Positions 10,501 through 22,500 of a stretch of 64,000 nucleotides of DNA are shown in pieces (the stretch's first letter is position 1; each line of letters starts with the position of its first letter). The DNA is taken from contig MU061814.1 in the NCBI GenBank assembly GCA_013265495.1, positions 5,087,684-5,151,683 of the forward strand, read 5' to 3'. This stretch comes from Vicugna vicugna (lineage: Eukaryota). Both the position numbers and the translations under genes were made by a program. The notes below the pieces were generated by a model, which worked only from the letters and a program-made list of their open reading frames with translations, searched no databases and was not told the DNA's origin.

Positions 10501-13500
10501 CCTGTGCACCCGGCCTCAGCCGGCCCTACCTGGGACCACAGTAGGGGACTGTGGTGTCCGGACCATGTAGCTCTGAGGGCCAGTGGTAGAGGGCGCTCTG
10601 CCCAACCCTCACTTCGGCCCCAAGGCCAAGAGAACAAAGCAAGACAGAGCCACTGTCCAGGCTACTCTCTCTGTACGAAGTTTGGGCTCCGAGGAGACCC
10701 GGGCAGAGCTGGCAGGGGATGCGGGCACCCAGCCTGCACGCGGGGAGAGTGGGAAGCCCTGGACGAGGGCGGAGACACTGCTAGTGAGCGCACGGTGCTT
10801 GCAGGGCGCCCGTCCCTGCCCTAGGCCCCCAGACCACACCCCACCCAGGCCCCTCACAGGAGAGCCCGCAGGTGGGCTTTGAGCTGCCTGCCGGCCACTC
10901 AAAGGGGATGGCAATGCCACACTGCAAACCACCCACCATGGCCTGAGTGGGGCCCTGCCTGGCCCAGGGGAGCAGGCTCCCTTCTGGTGTCCACTGGTCT
11001 GGATTCCTGCCTGGACCAGCGGGACTTCTGGTGGCTGGCCAGGTCCCGAGCCTTGGGCCACATGGGGCAGAGTGGAGGGTCCCCTCCAGGGCGGCCAGGG
11101 CCCACAGTTGGCCCCCTGACCCTTTGTTAGCCTGAAGCTGCTGCGGTGACCCCATGAAGGGACAGTGGAGGGGCCGTGGACCCCTTACGGACTAGCCCTC
11201 AGGAGGCCAGGCTGCTAAGAGTCCAGGTGTGGGGTGGCTGGGGGTGGAAGGTCCCAGGACCCTGAGGCGCACCCATTCTGAGTCCTGCCCTTCCCGGAAG
11301 GCCTGGCGTTTGCAGGGAAGGGCCTTTCCCTGGGTGTGGGGGGCAGAGAAGGCCTATTCACCCACTGCCAGGCCTTGAGGTCATCTTCCACTTAGCCCTG
11401 CCTGGTCAGGGGCGGGGCTCGAGCCTCTGAGGGGATGGACCCTACACCCGACAGGCACCATGGCCAACCCTCAGGCATTCCAGGGAGCTCTGGGGACTTC
11501 GGATGCCCCGGTGCCAGGAGGGGTCTTCGTAAGGAAGGGGGGGCATGGCGACGTGGGGGGCCTGGGTGTGCACTGGACTCGGGACACTGGCTGCTCTGGG
11601 GAGCGGCAGCATGGCCCCTACCAAAGGACCCCCAGAGATTAAAGGCTCCAGCCAAGCCCTCTGGGGCCCACCCCCGCCTTTCCCTGAGCGAGGCCACCAG
11701 GCCGCACCCTCAGCCGGTTGGCTCTAGCTCCCCCCGGGTCGGCGGGCCGGGTGCATTTTTCCCAGCTGAGAGCACTCGCACAAACGCTGACGCGGAGACG
11801 CGCTCAGGCAGGCCGGGGTGGCGCGGGGACCCTGGCCACGGCCGGCATGCCGCGGTGCGCTCACGGACAGAGCCTGCTTTCTGTCCTCCTGTCCACCTGG
11901 TTGTCTGTCTGTCATGCAGGGGCCCCGGCCCCGGCTGGACGGATGGGAAGGCATGTGCCCGGCTCTCCCCATCTGGCCCAGACCTGGTCCCAGCTCCCGG
12001 GGCCACACAGCCGCCCCAGGCATGACCCGGGAGCGGCGGAGACCCCGGCCTCCCTGGGCGCAGCCCTCCCAGCAGCCCCGCCCGCTCAGCCCCGCTCAGC
12101 TGCCAACTCCGGCTGACCTTTCCCGCTGCTAGAGTGCTGTGCGAAAGGAAAAAAACGGCTTTTAAAGCAAAAGCCAAACAAAAGCCTCCTGAGTTATTTT
12201 TAAAAATCGGGCTATTTCGGGGCAGGCACGTCTCCAGGACAGCAGCTGGACCCGCCTCTCAGCCATCACACCCCCAGGGCCCCCACACCCAGCCTGACCT
12301 GGGAGGGCCAGGGCTCTCCAGGAGGGGACCTGTCCTGTGACCTGGGCCTGACAGTGGGGGATGGGGGGGACAAGAGCCTAGAAAGCAGGGTGGGCTCTGG
12401 GCTTCCGTGACTGTATAGCCTTGGGTGGGCACTGGGCAGGGGGACACACACAGCAGAAGTCAAAGTCCAGGGGTCAGGGCACAAGGCCTTTCAGAATGGT
12501 GTGAAGGCTCTGAGGGCCTTGAAAGGGAAGAGGCCACCTGTCCCTGGAGGTGGGCAAGCAGAAGCCAGCAGCCACCTGCAGGGACGCCGTAGAAGGCCCC
12601 AGAGCCACAACACACCTGCTGCTGTCCGGAGGCAGAGGTGCGGGGAGGGGAGTGAACAGGGGCTGGTGCTGTGGTCAGAAAACAGAGGGGCCAGAGAGGA
12701 AACCGGTAATTCGGGCTCTGCCGGGTCCCCGCAGCCCCAGGGCCGGGGGTGCAGAAGGCGGCAGCTGACCAGCAGCCCCCGGGCTCAGGCACTCACATCC
12801 CAGGGTAGGGCCGAGGCTGGAGCCCCCCCGGCAGCACAAGGCTGTTGGGGCCAGCACACCCTGCCTCTCCGGGCTGGGAAGCCCCAGGCCGGCCCTTGTG
12901 GCCCTGTCCTGGGGAAGGGGGGCCCACCCCCACCCCCACCCCCACCCGCTGGGCCGGGCAGCATGAATCACCAGGCTATCTGTGACTCAGCCCCGGCCCC
13001 ACAGGAAGCAGGCCCTGTGCTGATTCCCGGGACGGGGCAGGGTCCCAGGCTGTGGCCGGTGGAGGCAGGAAGCCCCTCCCAGCCCAGGCGCTCCCCCCAG
13101 GGGAAGTCCTGGGGTACCCAGACCTCCCAATCCCCCTGGCCCAGACTGCTGGACCAGCCTTCAGGGCTCTGTGTGCTGAATCCACCTGGACCACCCCCCT
13201 CAACCCTGGACTCCTGGGCTGGCCTTCAGGGCGCTGTGTGCTGGATCCAACTGGCCCAGCACCCCCAGGCTTGCCCCCTCCCCAGTGTGCCTGCCCTGGG
13301 GCAGAGACCCCACCTGGAAACCTCGATAAAGAGAAACGCCACAGGAGGGGGGCCGGCCAGGCGTGTCTACTCGGGCCCCCAACAGGGCAAATCCACATGG
13401 CCATCCACACAACGGGACCAGGGAGCCAAAAACAGGCCCCATGTGGACACAGCTCCAGGAGTGCCAAAGCCATTGCTGGAAAGAAAAATAAACCATGGAA

Positions 13501-16500
13501 GTGCAGAGAGGGCAGCAGAGGGCCCAGGCACCCTGGCTCTGCGGGGCGGGGTGCCCGAGGCACAGGTGTGTGGGGCAGAGTGGGGTGGGGGTGGAAGCGC
13601 TCCTGATGGGTGTGCAGAAGCTCACCAGCTGGAGTGAAGGGCAGATGCCCCGTGTGGCCCAGCACCTCAGTGGAGCTGGCCTGGGGGGATTCAGGGACCC
13701 CAAACACCGAGGGGCTGTCTTGGGCCCCCAGGCTTGAAGGTGGTTTTCCAGGCCCAGGCCCAGCCCAGAGCTCCTTGCTCCCACTCTGACCTCCCTGCAG
13801 CCGGCCCAGGTCAGGCCAGACGGGCAGCCCCAGGCCATGGGGAGTGGAGTTTTCCCCAGGGGAGCCCTGACCCCCAAACTGCTTACTCTCCGCTGAGTGG
13901 CACTGCTTGAGGCCAACACCATAGGGTTGGTTTAAACACAGACAGAAAACAGAAGTGAGAGTTGGTGGGGGGCATCTGTGTGCCCAGACGAGTGGGGCCA
14001 GGATGGCCAAGTGAGTGTGGCAGCAGCAGGGTGTGCGGGGCCGGGGACAAATGGCCCTGTGTCCTCTGAGCAAAGCAGAGGCAGGGTGTCCAGACGCTCA
14101 GGAGGAGAGATGGGGCCTGTGCTGGCCTGAGGACCCACCCCGGGGATGCTATTCCAGCCCTCCACGCTATCCTCTCCCAGGGAGCCCAGCTCAAGGCCCA
14201 CGTCCAGCCCAGCCCCCACACCTGTGCTGGCCGCTGGACTCTGTAACCAGAGCCTGGCCAGCCTCAGTCACACTTCCTGCCACTTCCCTTAAACAACCCC
14301 ACTGACCCTCCTGGGGTGCTGGCCACATGGCCGAGCGCCCAGCAGGGCCCGGAGAGCCAGGCCAGTGGCCGCGACCTCTTAACCCAGCAGGCTGGCTGGC
14401 ACGCGGAGACCCGGAGGCCTGCCCAGGGAGCCTCGAGCGGGCCAGCCTCGGAGGGCGTGCCGCCTGGAACTGGGGTGGGCAGCCTTACGGGGGCCCCTAA
14501 CGGCCCCCGGAGCCAGTGCGTCTGGGGCCCTCGCCAAGGCACGAAGGCCCCGCTCAGGTGCTCTCGAGCCCACAGGCGGAGGAGACCCAGGCGCAGATGG
14601 CCTTGCGGCGGCCCAGCCCAGCCTCTCCCCACGCTGGCGCTCAGTCTCCCCAAGTGCCTGGGGGAGCTCTCACCCTCCAAAAGCTTCACCACAGCTTTGC
14701 TGCTCAAACCCCCACCTGGTGGGGGGGACACAGGGCACCCTCCCTGCTGTCCCCCAGGAAGGGTACAGACCCCTCCACCTGGCATTTCTAGTCCCCCAAC
14801 CAACACTTTTGGCCTCACACCCAAACCCCCCAGCCTACACCCCACGGCCAGCCCAGCCCTGGCTCTGCACCTCTACCCTCACTGTACCTCCCACCTGGTC
14901 TCCAGTCTGCTCCCTCCAGCCCTGGCCTCTCTAGGCTGGGACAAAGGGCCCACCTACCCCGCCTGCCACAGGGCACAAGGGGAGGACACAGCTGGAGGGG
15001 ATCAGCATTCCTCATCTGCAGGGAAGGGGTAGGGCTGCTGGGGAGAGCCCCTCCCCCATGGCCAGGCCACCAGAGGGGTGCCTGGAAGGGAGGCGGACAC
15101 GCCACCAGAGCCAGTCCCAACTCAGCCTGCCCTGCTCCTGAAGACCACCTGGGCACCTGGTACAGGTGAGGCTCCAGAACGGGTAGCCTGAGGCCAGCAG
15201 GAGGCCCTGGAGGAGACAGGACATAAGCGGGGAGCCCCCAGTCCCGGGGCAGGCATTACTGGGACTCGGGAAAGCGTCTCCTCAGTCACCAGCCACGAAG
15301 CCTTCCCACCCTGGGGGCCGGCACCCCACAAGGCTCAGACCCACGGCTCAGCCTGAGAGGCCCCAGCTGAGGTCTGCGTGGCAAGCAGGGCAGGGAGCAA
15401 AGGCCGGGACCCCTCCACGCCTGCTCAGCCAGGACTTCACTCCTGGGACCTCGACTTCTCCATCTGCAAAGTAGGAGGAAGAGGGTCCGGGGGCCCCGAC
15501 CTGACCCTGGGGTGGGGAAGGTCAGAGCAGGACAAGGTGCGGCCAGAGGACAGAGGGAGTGGTCTCCTGGGGCCCCACCACATGTGGGACCCCAGGCCTG
15601 GCCCCACCAGCCCCGCTCCAGCCCAGGTGTGAGGCGGAGCTGCGACACAGGCCCCTCGTGGTCCTCCCTGGGCAGGAAGTCCTCCTGATGCCAGGGCGCT
15701 GCCCCCTCCCCTTTCCTGGAGCATCCGTTCCAGATCCCAGAACAAAGGCCCTTGGCAGCCCGCCGCAGGGGGAGTGCCCAGCCCCACTGCCTGCTCAGCC
15801 CAGCTTCCTGACAGAAGCCCCAGCCCCACCCCAGGACCTGTACCTCAAAGGACAGCAGAGCCCCAGAGCAAGGGAACCCCGGGCTGAGCTCACTTAGCCA
15901 AGTCCCTCCCCCTTGGCCTCTCTCCCCATGTGCACTAGAGAGGGCGCGCAGAGGGCCCTGCCTCACGGACGTTCTTGGTCTGACTGTGGGCCCCAGATGC
16001 TCCCATCACCAGACCTGGGGGGACTGGAGAGCACAGACCTCAGGGTCAATGAGGGCCAGTAGGACCTGTCCCAGGCCCCATCCTCCAAAACGCCTCCCCG
16101 CAGAGCTCCAGCGGGTGCCACCTCCATCCTCCCTTCGTGGGGCCTGGCTGCTGATGCAAGACCTGGTCTCTGTCCCCCGACCCAGTAGGTGCACAGTGGC
16201 TCAGGGGGGAAGGTGCAGGGAGCTCCTTTTCGGACAGGGAAGGTGGCAAATGCAGGAATTTGCTTTGGCATTCCACGGTGGTTCAGAACATGCCCAGGAA
16301 AGAGATTTCTCTCGCCCACGGAACTGGAAGCTGAGTACTTGTGCCCCACCTAACTCTAAAGCACCCTGGAGGGCAGTCCCCTCCGACCAAGGCTGGCAGC
16401 TCCTTGGCCCATCCAAGATGGGGGCTCAGGTAGACCCCTCTGCAGTCAGTGAAAGGGGGAAGGAAGGGGGAGAGAAGAGGGAGGGAAAAGGAAAGGGTGG

Positions 16501-19500
16501 ATGGATGGATGGATGGATGTTAGATGGGTGGGCTGGTGGATGGCAAAAGGAAGGAGAGGTGGGGGCGGGAGAGGGGAAGGATGGCTAAGAGGGTCACGGG
16601 TCAACCTCCCCCAGCAGGGGTGGAAACGACCCCTTCCCAGTTTGTGTCACTTTGAGGCTGGGGACACTAGGTTTGGGAAGGCCGGGTGCACACACAGTGG
16701 AACCCTCACCCGGGCCCGGGCCCAGTCTAGAAAGCACACGCCCGCCTGCCCCAGCATCTCCCGCCCATCTCACACATGTGGACACTGAGCCGGGTGGGTG
16801 GGTGCTGAGTGCCATCTGAGCGCCACACCTCGGGAGGGCACCGGCCCACCTGCTCTGGGCCACCCTTGGGTTGCCATGGAGACCAGACCATTGCACCCTG
16901 CCCTAGCCTGGCTTGTCCACAAAGGGGGCAGAGAAGAACCCAGCAGCTCGGCACCAACTCCGTGACTGACCCCAGGGCGGGGCAGGCTCCACTTCCCTCC
17001 CTCCTCCCACGGGCACCCCTGTAGCAGTGCCAGAGAGAGGGGGACCCCGGAGGCACACAGGGCTGCTGAGTGCCCTCCCAGCTTCCAGGGGAGCATGGGG
17101 CAAAAGCCCAGTGAACAGAAGGGAAATGGGTCCAGCCTCATCCAAAACTGGGTCAGGCAGCACCAGCCCCGGCAACAGGCAGGGAGCCCCGAGATGGGCC
17201 ACCCCTCCCGAGGGCCTCACAGCTAACCCAAGCAGTGGGCAAGACCCATCCCAATGCTATCCCCAGAACCTGCCTGCAGGGCCGCCCCTCCAGCCGGGCT
17301 CACGGCCGATGCTGCCCCACCTCTCCTGAATGTCCTCAGGCAGCGGTGGGATGGAGGCTCCACAAGGAGCAGAGACTCACAAGGTCACACACCGGGGTGG
17401 CGGCAAAGCCCGCCTGGACTCAGGCCTCTGGAGGCCCGTGAACAGGGAAGGGGGTGGGGTGGGGTCTAGCAGGGTGGACCTTGTAGCCCTGGCTCCCAGG
17501 TAGGCCCAGAGCTGGCGGCTCCCAGGCTTGGCCTCACCTATCTGCCCCCATCCCCCTGCCCCTTCCAAGGAGGCAACAGCACTGCTGGCCCATTTCACAG
17601 GCCGGGATGCCAAAGCCAGCACCGAGCAACATCACTTGGGGGTGGGACTCAGCCTGTGTGAGTCGGACCCAGCCCAAGTCCACCAAGAGGGCTTGCTGGT
17701 CACTGGGAAACACTGGGCCCCACCCTCCTGCCTGCACAGGGGCTGGTGGAGGCGGGGCACACCCACCCCCGCGGTGGCCTCTGCGCAGCACCGGTATCCT
17801 AGGAATGTCCACCTCCGCAGGCCTCCTCCGCACTCCTGCAGCCCCTCCCACTCCCCCGCCAGAGCCTGTCCACGTCCACAGAGGAATTCCTCAGAGTAAA
17901 CACCAGGCGCTGGCTGAGGGCGCCAGGGCTCGGCATTTTGGCCCCATCTCCGTGCTGTCCCCTCGACGCCCCTCCCGCTAACTCTCCACATGATCTCGCT
18001 AAACCCCGTGTCCCACCCCCTCTCTCCCCGTGCACCACAGGATGTGGGAAACACACAGTGCCCACTGCCACGCCTCCGTCCACGCCGGGCCCGCCACCCG
18101 CCCGGGCCCGGCCTCCCGAGCTCACTCTGGGCAGGTGCCTCACCCTGCAGTCTGTCAGCTGGAGAAGCGGGGGTCGGGCTGCGCAGACCAGAAAGGAACT
18201 GTACCTGGCCCAGGTCCAAGGTGACGTTGACTTCGTTGTACTCTAGGCCACGGGACAGCGGCGGACTCTGCCACCAGCGCTCCGTGCCATCAATGGCGTT
18301 GCTCGCGGGGTGCGCCCTGTTGCTGTTGGCAGCCGTGCAGATGTCACAGTACTGGCCCTGTGGGGGAGGGGTGGTGAGACGGCCAAGGAGCGCTGGGAGC
18401 CCTCGCCCCTCCTGTCACCCTGCTACCGCATCACGCTGGCCCCACCCCCAGTCTGTGGCCCCTTGTCCGCCGTGCACTCATTCACTTGGCAAACAGACAT
18501 GAGCGCCTACTGCGTTCTCAACCGGGGATACGGCTCATGGGAGAGGTGGTCACACCTGCTACAGCAGAGACAGGAGAGCAAGGAGGGAGAGGGGCACCGG
18601 CTTCAGGTGGGAAACTCACGCAGGGCTCTCCGAGGAGGGGGCACCTGAGGCCTGCACCACGAGGGGAGGAGGTGGGGCGGAGGGCAGCGCTCAGTGGCAC
18701 AGCCTGTGCTTGGTGTGTGCACGAGGTCCCGGGATCAACCCCCAGTGCCCGTTAAAGAGCGAGAGGGAGCCGACTGTGGAAAAAAAGGTGGGGGAGGGTG
18801 TGCTCCAGACAGAGGCACTGCCTGTGCAAAGGCCCTGGAGCAATTCGACTCAAGCAGTAAACAGCAAGGAGGCCAACGAAGATGGAGCTGAGAGGGCAAT
18901 GGGCCAGTCACGGGCCAAGTCACACACGTCTCCCCCACCCCAGCACCACTGGCCACTGCAGGGGGCTTCAGAAGGGCTTGGCAGGAGGGGGCCAGGTGGG
19001 GAAGAAAGAGTGAGAGAGGTAGGGCTACAGCTAGAAGGCCCAGGCCCGACGCGTGCCCCTCCCCACCCCCACCAGCCCCTGCCCCCCAGACCTCCCTGCC
19101 AGGCTCTCGCCAGAGCCATGTGGATTAGGATCTCCAGAGAGACGAAATCAAGCCATTCCTGTGGCCTGTGGGGACAGGCCCCCGAGTGGAGGCATGTGGG
19201 CAGCCGGCAGACAAGGCCTGGACCTCCTGGCTCTGCTGCTTCCGAGCCCTGGAACTGGGCCAAGTCACGGCAGCCACTGAGCCTCAGTGTCCCCATCTGA
19301 AGAGTGGGGGTAATGCTGGCACCTGCCTCGGCCGCCGGAGGATTAATGGACCCCACATGGGGCCAAGCAGCTGCTCTGTCATGGTCCAGCCACCTGCCGG
19401 GGCCCGTCCTCTGGGGGAACAGAGGCGGCTCCCAGCATTGTGGGTGCACTGTCTCTGTGGGGGAGGAGCAGGTGCTGGAAGCCTGGGCCGGGGGCAGGGG

Positions 19501-22500
19501 GCAGAGCTGAGCCTGGCTGCCAGCCCAGGGGAGGCCCCACACCCCACCCCAGAGGAAACCAGACCTGCTGGCCCTCCACACAAAGGCGGGCCTGGAGACT
19601 TGGCATTGATTGAGGCCCAGAGAGGCTGTGTCTGGGAAATGCGGCCGCCCCACCCCTCCCAGCCTCCCAGGGGGCCAGACCTCGTCCTAGAAGTTGGAGG
19701 TGGGAGCGTGGGAGATGCCTTGCCCCATCCCTGGGCTGGCAGCCACAGAGAGCCCCCAGCGTCCACAGACCCCCGGCAGGCCCCTGCCTCCCCAGACACA
19801 TTGGCCCCAGGTTCCACTGAGCACCCAGGACAGCGAGATCAAAGGCAGCAGACCGGGCACCAAGCCTCCCACCCAGGTCCCCTTGTGCTGGGTGCTCTGG
19901 GTCACCCCACCCCTGACCCTGTTCCTGCCTGGGGCCTTGGCACCCTGATCTCGCCTTCCATCTCAGCTCACATGTCACCTCCTCAGCAGGGCCCCAGAGC
20001 TCCAGACCACCCAAGGAGCTGGCCTGACAACCCCCAACGTCACCCTGCTCTATTTATTCTACCGCATGAGACACGGAGTTGCCTGGCGATTAGCGATACC
20101 CCCTTACAGTCCTCCGGGTGGGAGGGGGTGCGCACCTGCCTTCTTCTTAACTGCGCCCCTGAGGCCACCACCACCCAGAGCTGGCATACCGAGAGGCTGG
20201 GGTGATGGAGGGCACCCAGAAGAGTCGCATGATCTGCGTAGGCCATGTCCCCAAGCACAGTGACCCCAAACCGGAGCCCAGGTACTGGCTCCCAGACCTG
20301 TGGGGGATCCCAGAGGGCGAGCAGAGTGGGGGCTCAGAGGCACCCTGAAAGCACAGTGCACGTGGGTGCGGTGGCGTGGGACCCGCCAGGGCTGGGAGGC
20401 TTCCCGGAGGAGGTGAGTAGGGCCCTCTGGCTGGGCCTCCCAAAGAAGCTGCCTGTGGTCAAGGGTCAAGGGAGCCAAGAGAAGTTTCTGCTCAGGCCTC
20501 ACCCAGAGAATCAGGGAGAGGTGACTCTATCCCCATGTGGCCACAGTGGGGCCACTCCGTGACACGGTCCCTGCTGACTGCTCGGCCTGACTCGGGCTTG
20601 CAGTGGATGGGGCTGGGGAAAGAGGGCTCCCTCCACCCCTCTGCTGCAGAGGGTCCTACCAGGAACAGAGCAAGGAAACAAGGAGCAGCGATAAGGGCTT
20701 CCCCTCCCAGTGAGTCACCACGCTGGGAGCCAAGCCCCCATCGTCCCCTGTGGGGCTGGGGCCAGCCCGGATTCCTCCGAGGCCCACCTGAAGGCGCGGG
20801 GCTGGGTTCCCAAGTTGCCCCCTGCCTGCCCCAGTTGCCCACAGGACCGCCTTGCCCACAAGCCTAGCAGGACTCTCCCCAGGCCCTGGCTGGTATGCCC
20901 CCAGCCAGCTTCTCTCCCATTTCCCCCAGGAGGCCCGTGGGAGCAGCTGGCCTGCAGCCTTGGGGGCCAGGTCCTCCCTGCCCCACCCATCAGGCTGGCA
21001 CAGGACTGGGCTCTTGGAACTGAAAGGTGTGCATGGCCACTCAGCTCCAGACGGAGCCTGTGGACAAGGCCCTATCACCAACCCAACAGAAGGCCAGGGC
21101 CGGGAGCAGACCCACTGCCTCCAGAGGACAGGGCAGAGGCTCCAGAGAGTCCGTGACTCCTCCAAGGTCTCACGGCTGTTCCGGTCCTGCCTGCTAACCG
21201 CCAGTCTTCCTGCCACAGGGGTGCTGATGGCTGAGTGCTGCAGGTTTTCAAAGGGAGGGCTTCAGCTCTAATTGGGCTGGGGGCTGGGAGCACTGGCCAG
21301 AAGTTCTCACCCAGGGCCGCTCCCTCGACTGCAACACCACACACAGCCGCCGCTATGTGGCAAGCGGTCATGACACCAGGCTTCCCAGGCTCCTCAGGCC
21401 AAGCTCACACCTTCAGGGGAGGCGGGCCCTCTGGCTGTGCCCGTTTTACAGACGAGGAGCCTGAGGCTCAGGGAGGGAAGTCGCACAGCTAAGGAAAGGC
21501 AGAGGAGAGGGGCTTTGACCCTGAGCCAATAGCTCCCAAGCTGCTGCTCTAAGTACTATGAGGGGGCAATAAACGGTCTCTCCCTCAGAAATCCACACAG
21601 CTGCTCCTCCTCAAGGGCCTGGGCCAGGCAGCCCAGGGGGGCAATTAGGTGGTGGTTGGGAGCCTGGGTTGTTCGAGCTGCAGAATCCCAGATGAGCATC
21701 TAGGAGGGGTGGTGGGGCCCAGCCAAGCCCTCTGGGCAGCTTTGGAGACCCCACAAGGCTCCTCCTCTTGACCTGGTCCCTCTGATGTCACCCAGACACG
21801 TTAAGGGCCCGAGGTGGGGGCCCAGATTTCCCCCGCTCACTGCCCCCCCCCAGACCCTGGTCTGGCTTTGGGGCTTCACAGACCTCAGTTTCCCCAGCTG
21901 AAATGTGGGCTCGAGACCTCCTGCTCAGCTGTGCAGAGCTTAGAGGAGTGAGTGAGTCCAGGGAGGGGTGTCCAGGAGCCTGAGGGAGGCGCCCTTCTGT
22001 CCCTGGTGGCTCTGCGGCACCAAGGCTCCCTCCCACTCCTCACTGCCCTGGAGGGGCCGAGGGAAGTCGCAGGCGCAGCGAAGCTGCCCCAGCTGAGGCT
22101 CCCTCATTCATCACCCACCCCATCACTCCACTCTCCAACTACCCTCCTCCCCTCCCCCAGCCTCTCCTACCGGGAAGGTGGCAGTAAGTCCCCGGCGGCC
22201 GAGGCTCACGTTACACCAGCCTGGGGCCCCCAGACTGTCCCTAAGGTTTGGCAGGGGCGGGAACACGGGCCTCGGAAGCAGACCCTATCCCGTGGAGGCT
22301 GACCTGTGGGGCAGAGGGGCTGTCCCTGATTGCAGCAGCATGCCCCCACCCCAGTTAAAACTCCCTCTTTGTGTTCCCCTCCCACCATGAGGGTCCCACC
22401 AACTCCGGAGACCCCTGTGGAGAGGGCTTCTACCCTTTAGAGCAGGAGAGGAAGCCTCCTGTGCCTGGCCCTAAACACAGCCCCCAACCCAGTCCCATCC

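Noticed and set aside
8800-12500. Ortholog of the human LAMA5-AS1 antisense lncRNA
   Set aside because: Known in human roughly in this part of the gene, but I cannot identify its exons or promoter from the sequence alone.
12501-14073. Overlapping antiparallel ORFs of 378 aa (+) and 365 aa (-) in LAMA5 intron 2
   Set aside because: G/P/A/R-rich low-complexity translations with no recognisable domain or exon-like splice context; long ORFs are expected at this GC content.
19168-20205. 345-aa plus-strand ORF in LAMA5 intron 1
   Set aside because: Crosses a MIR fragment; composition typical of GC-rich noise.
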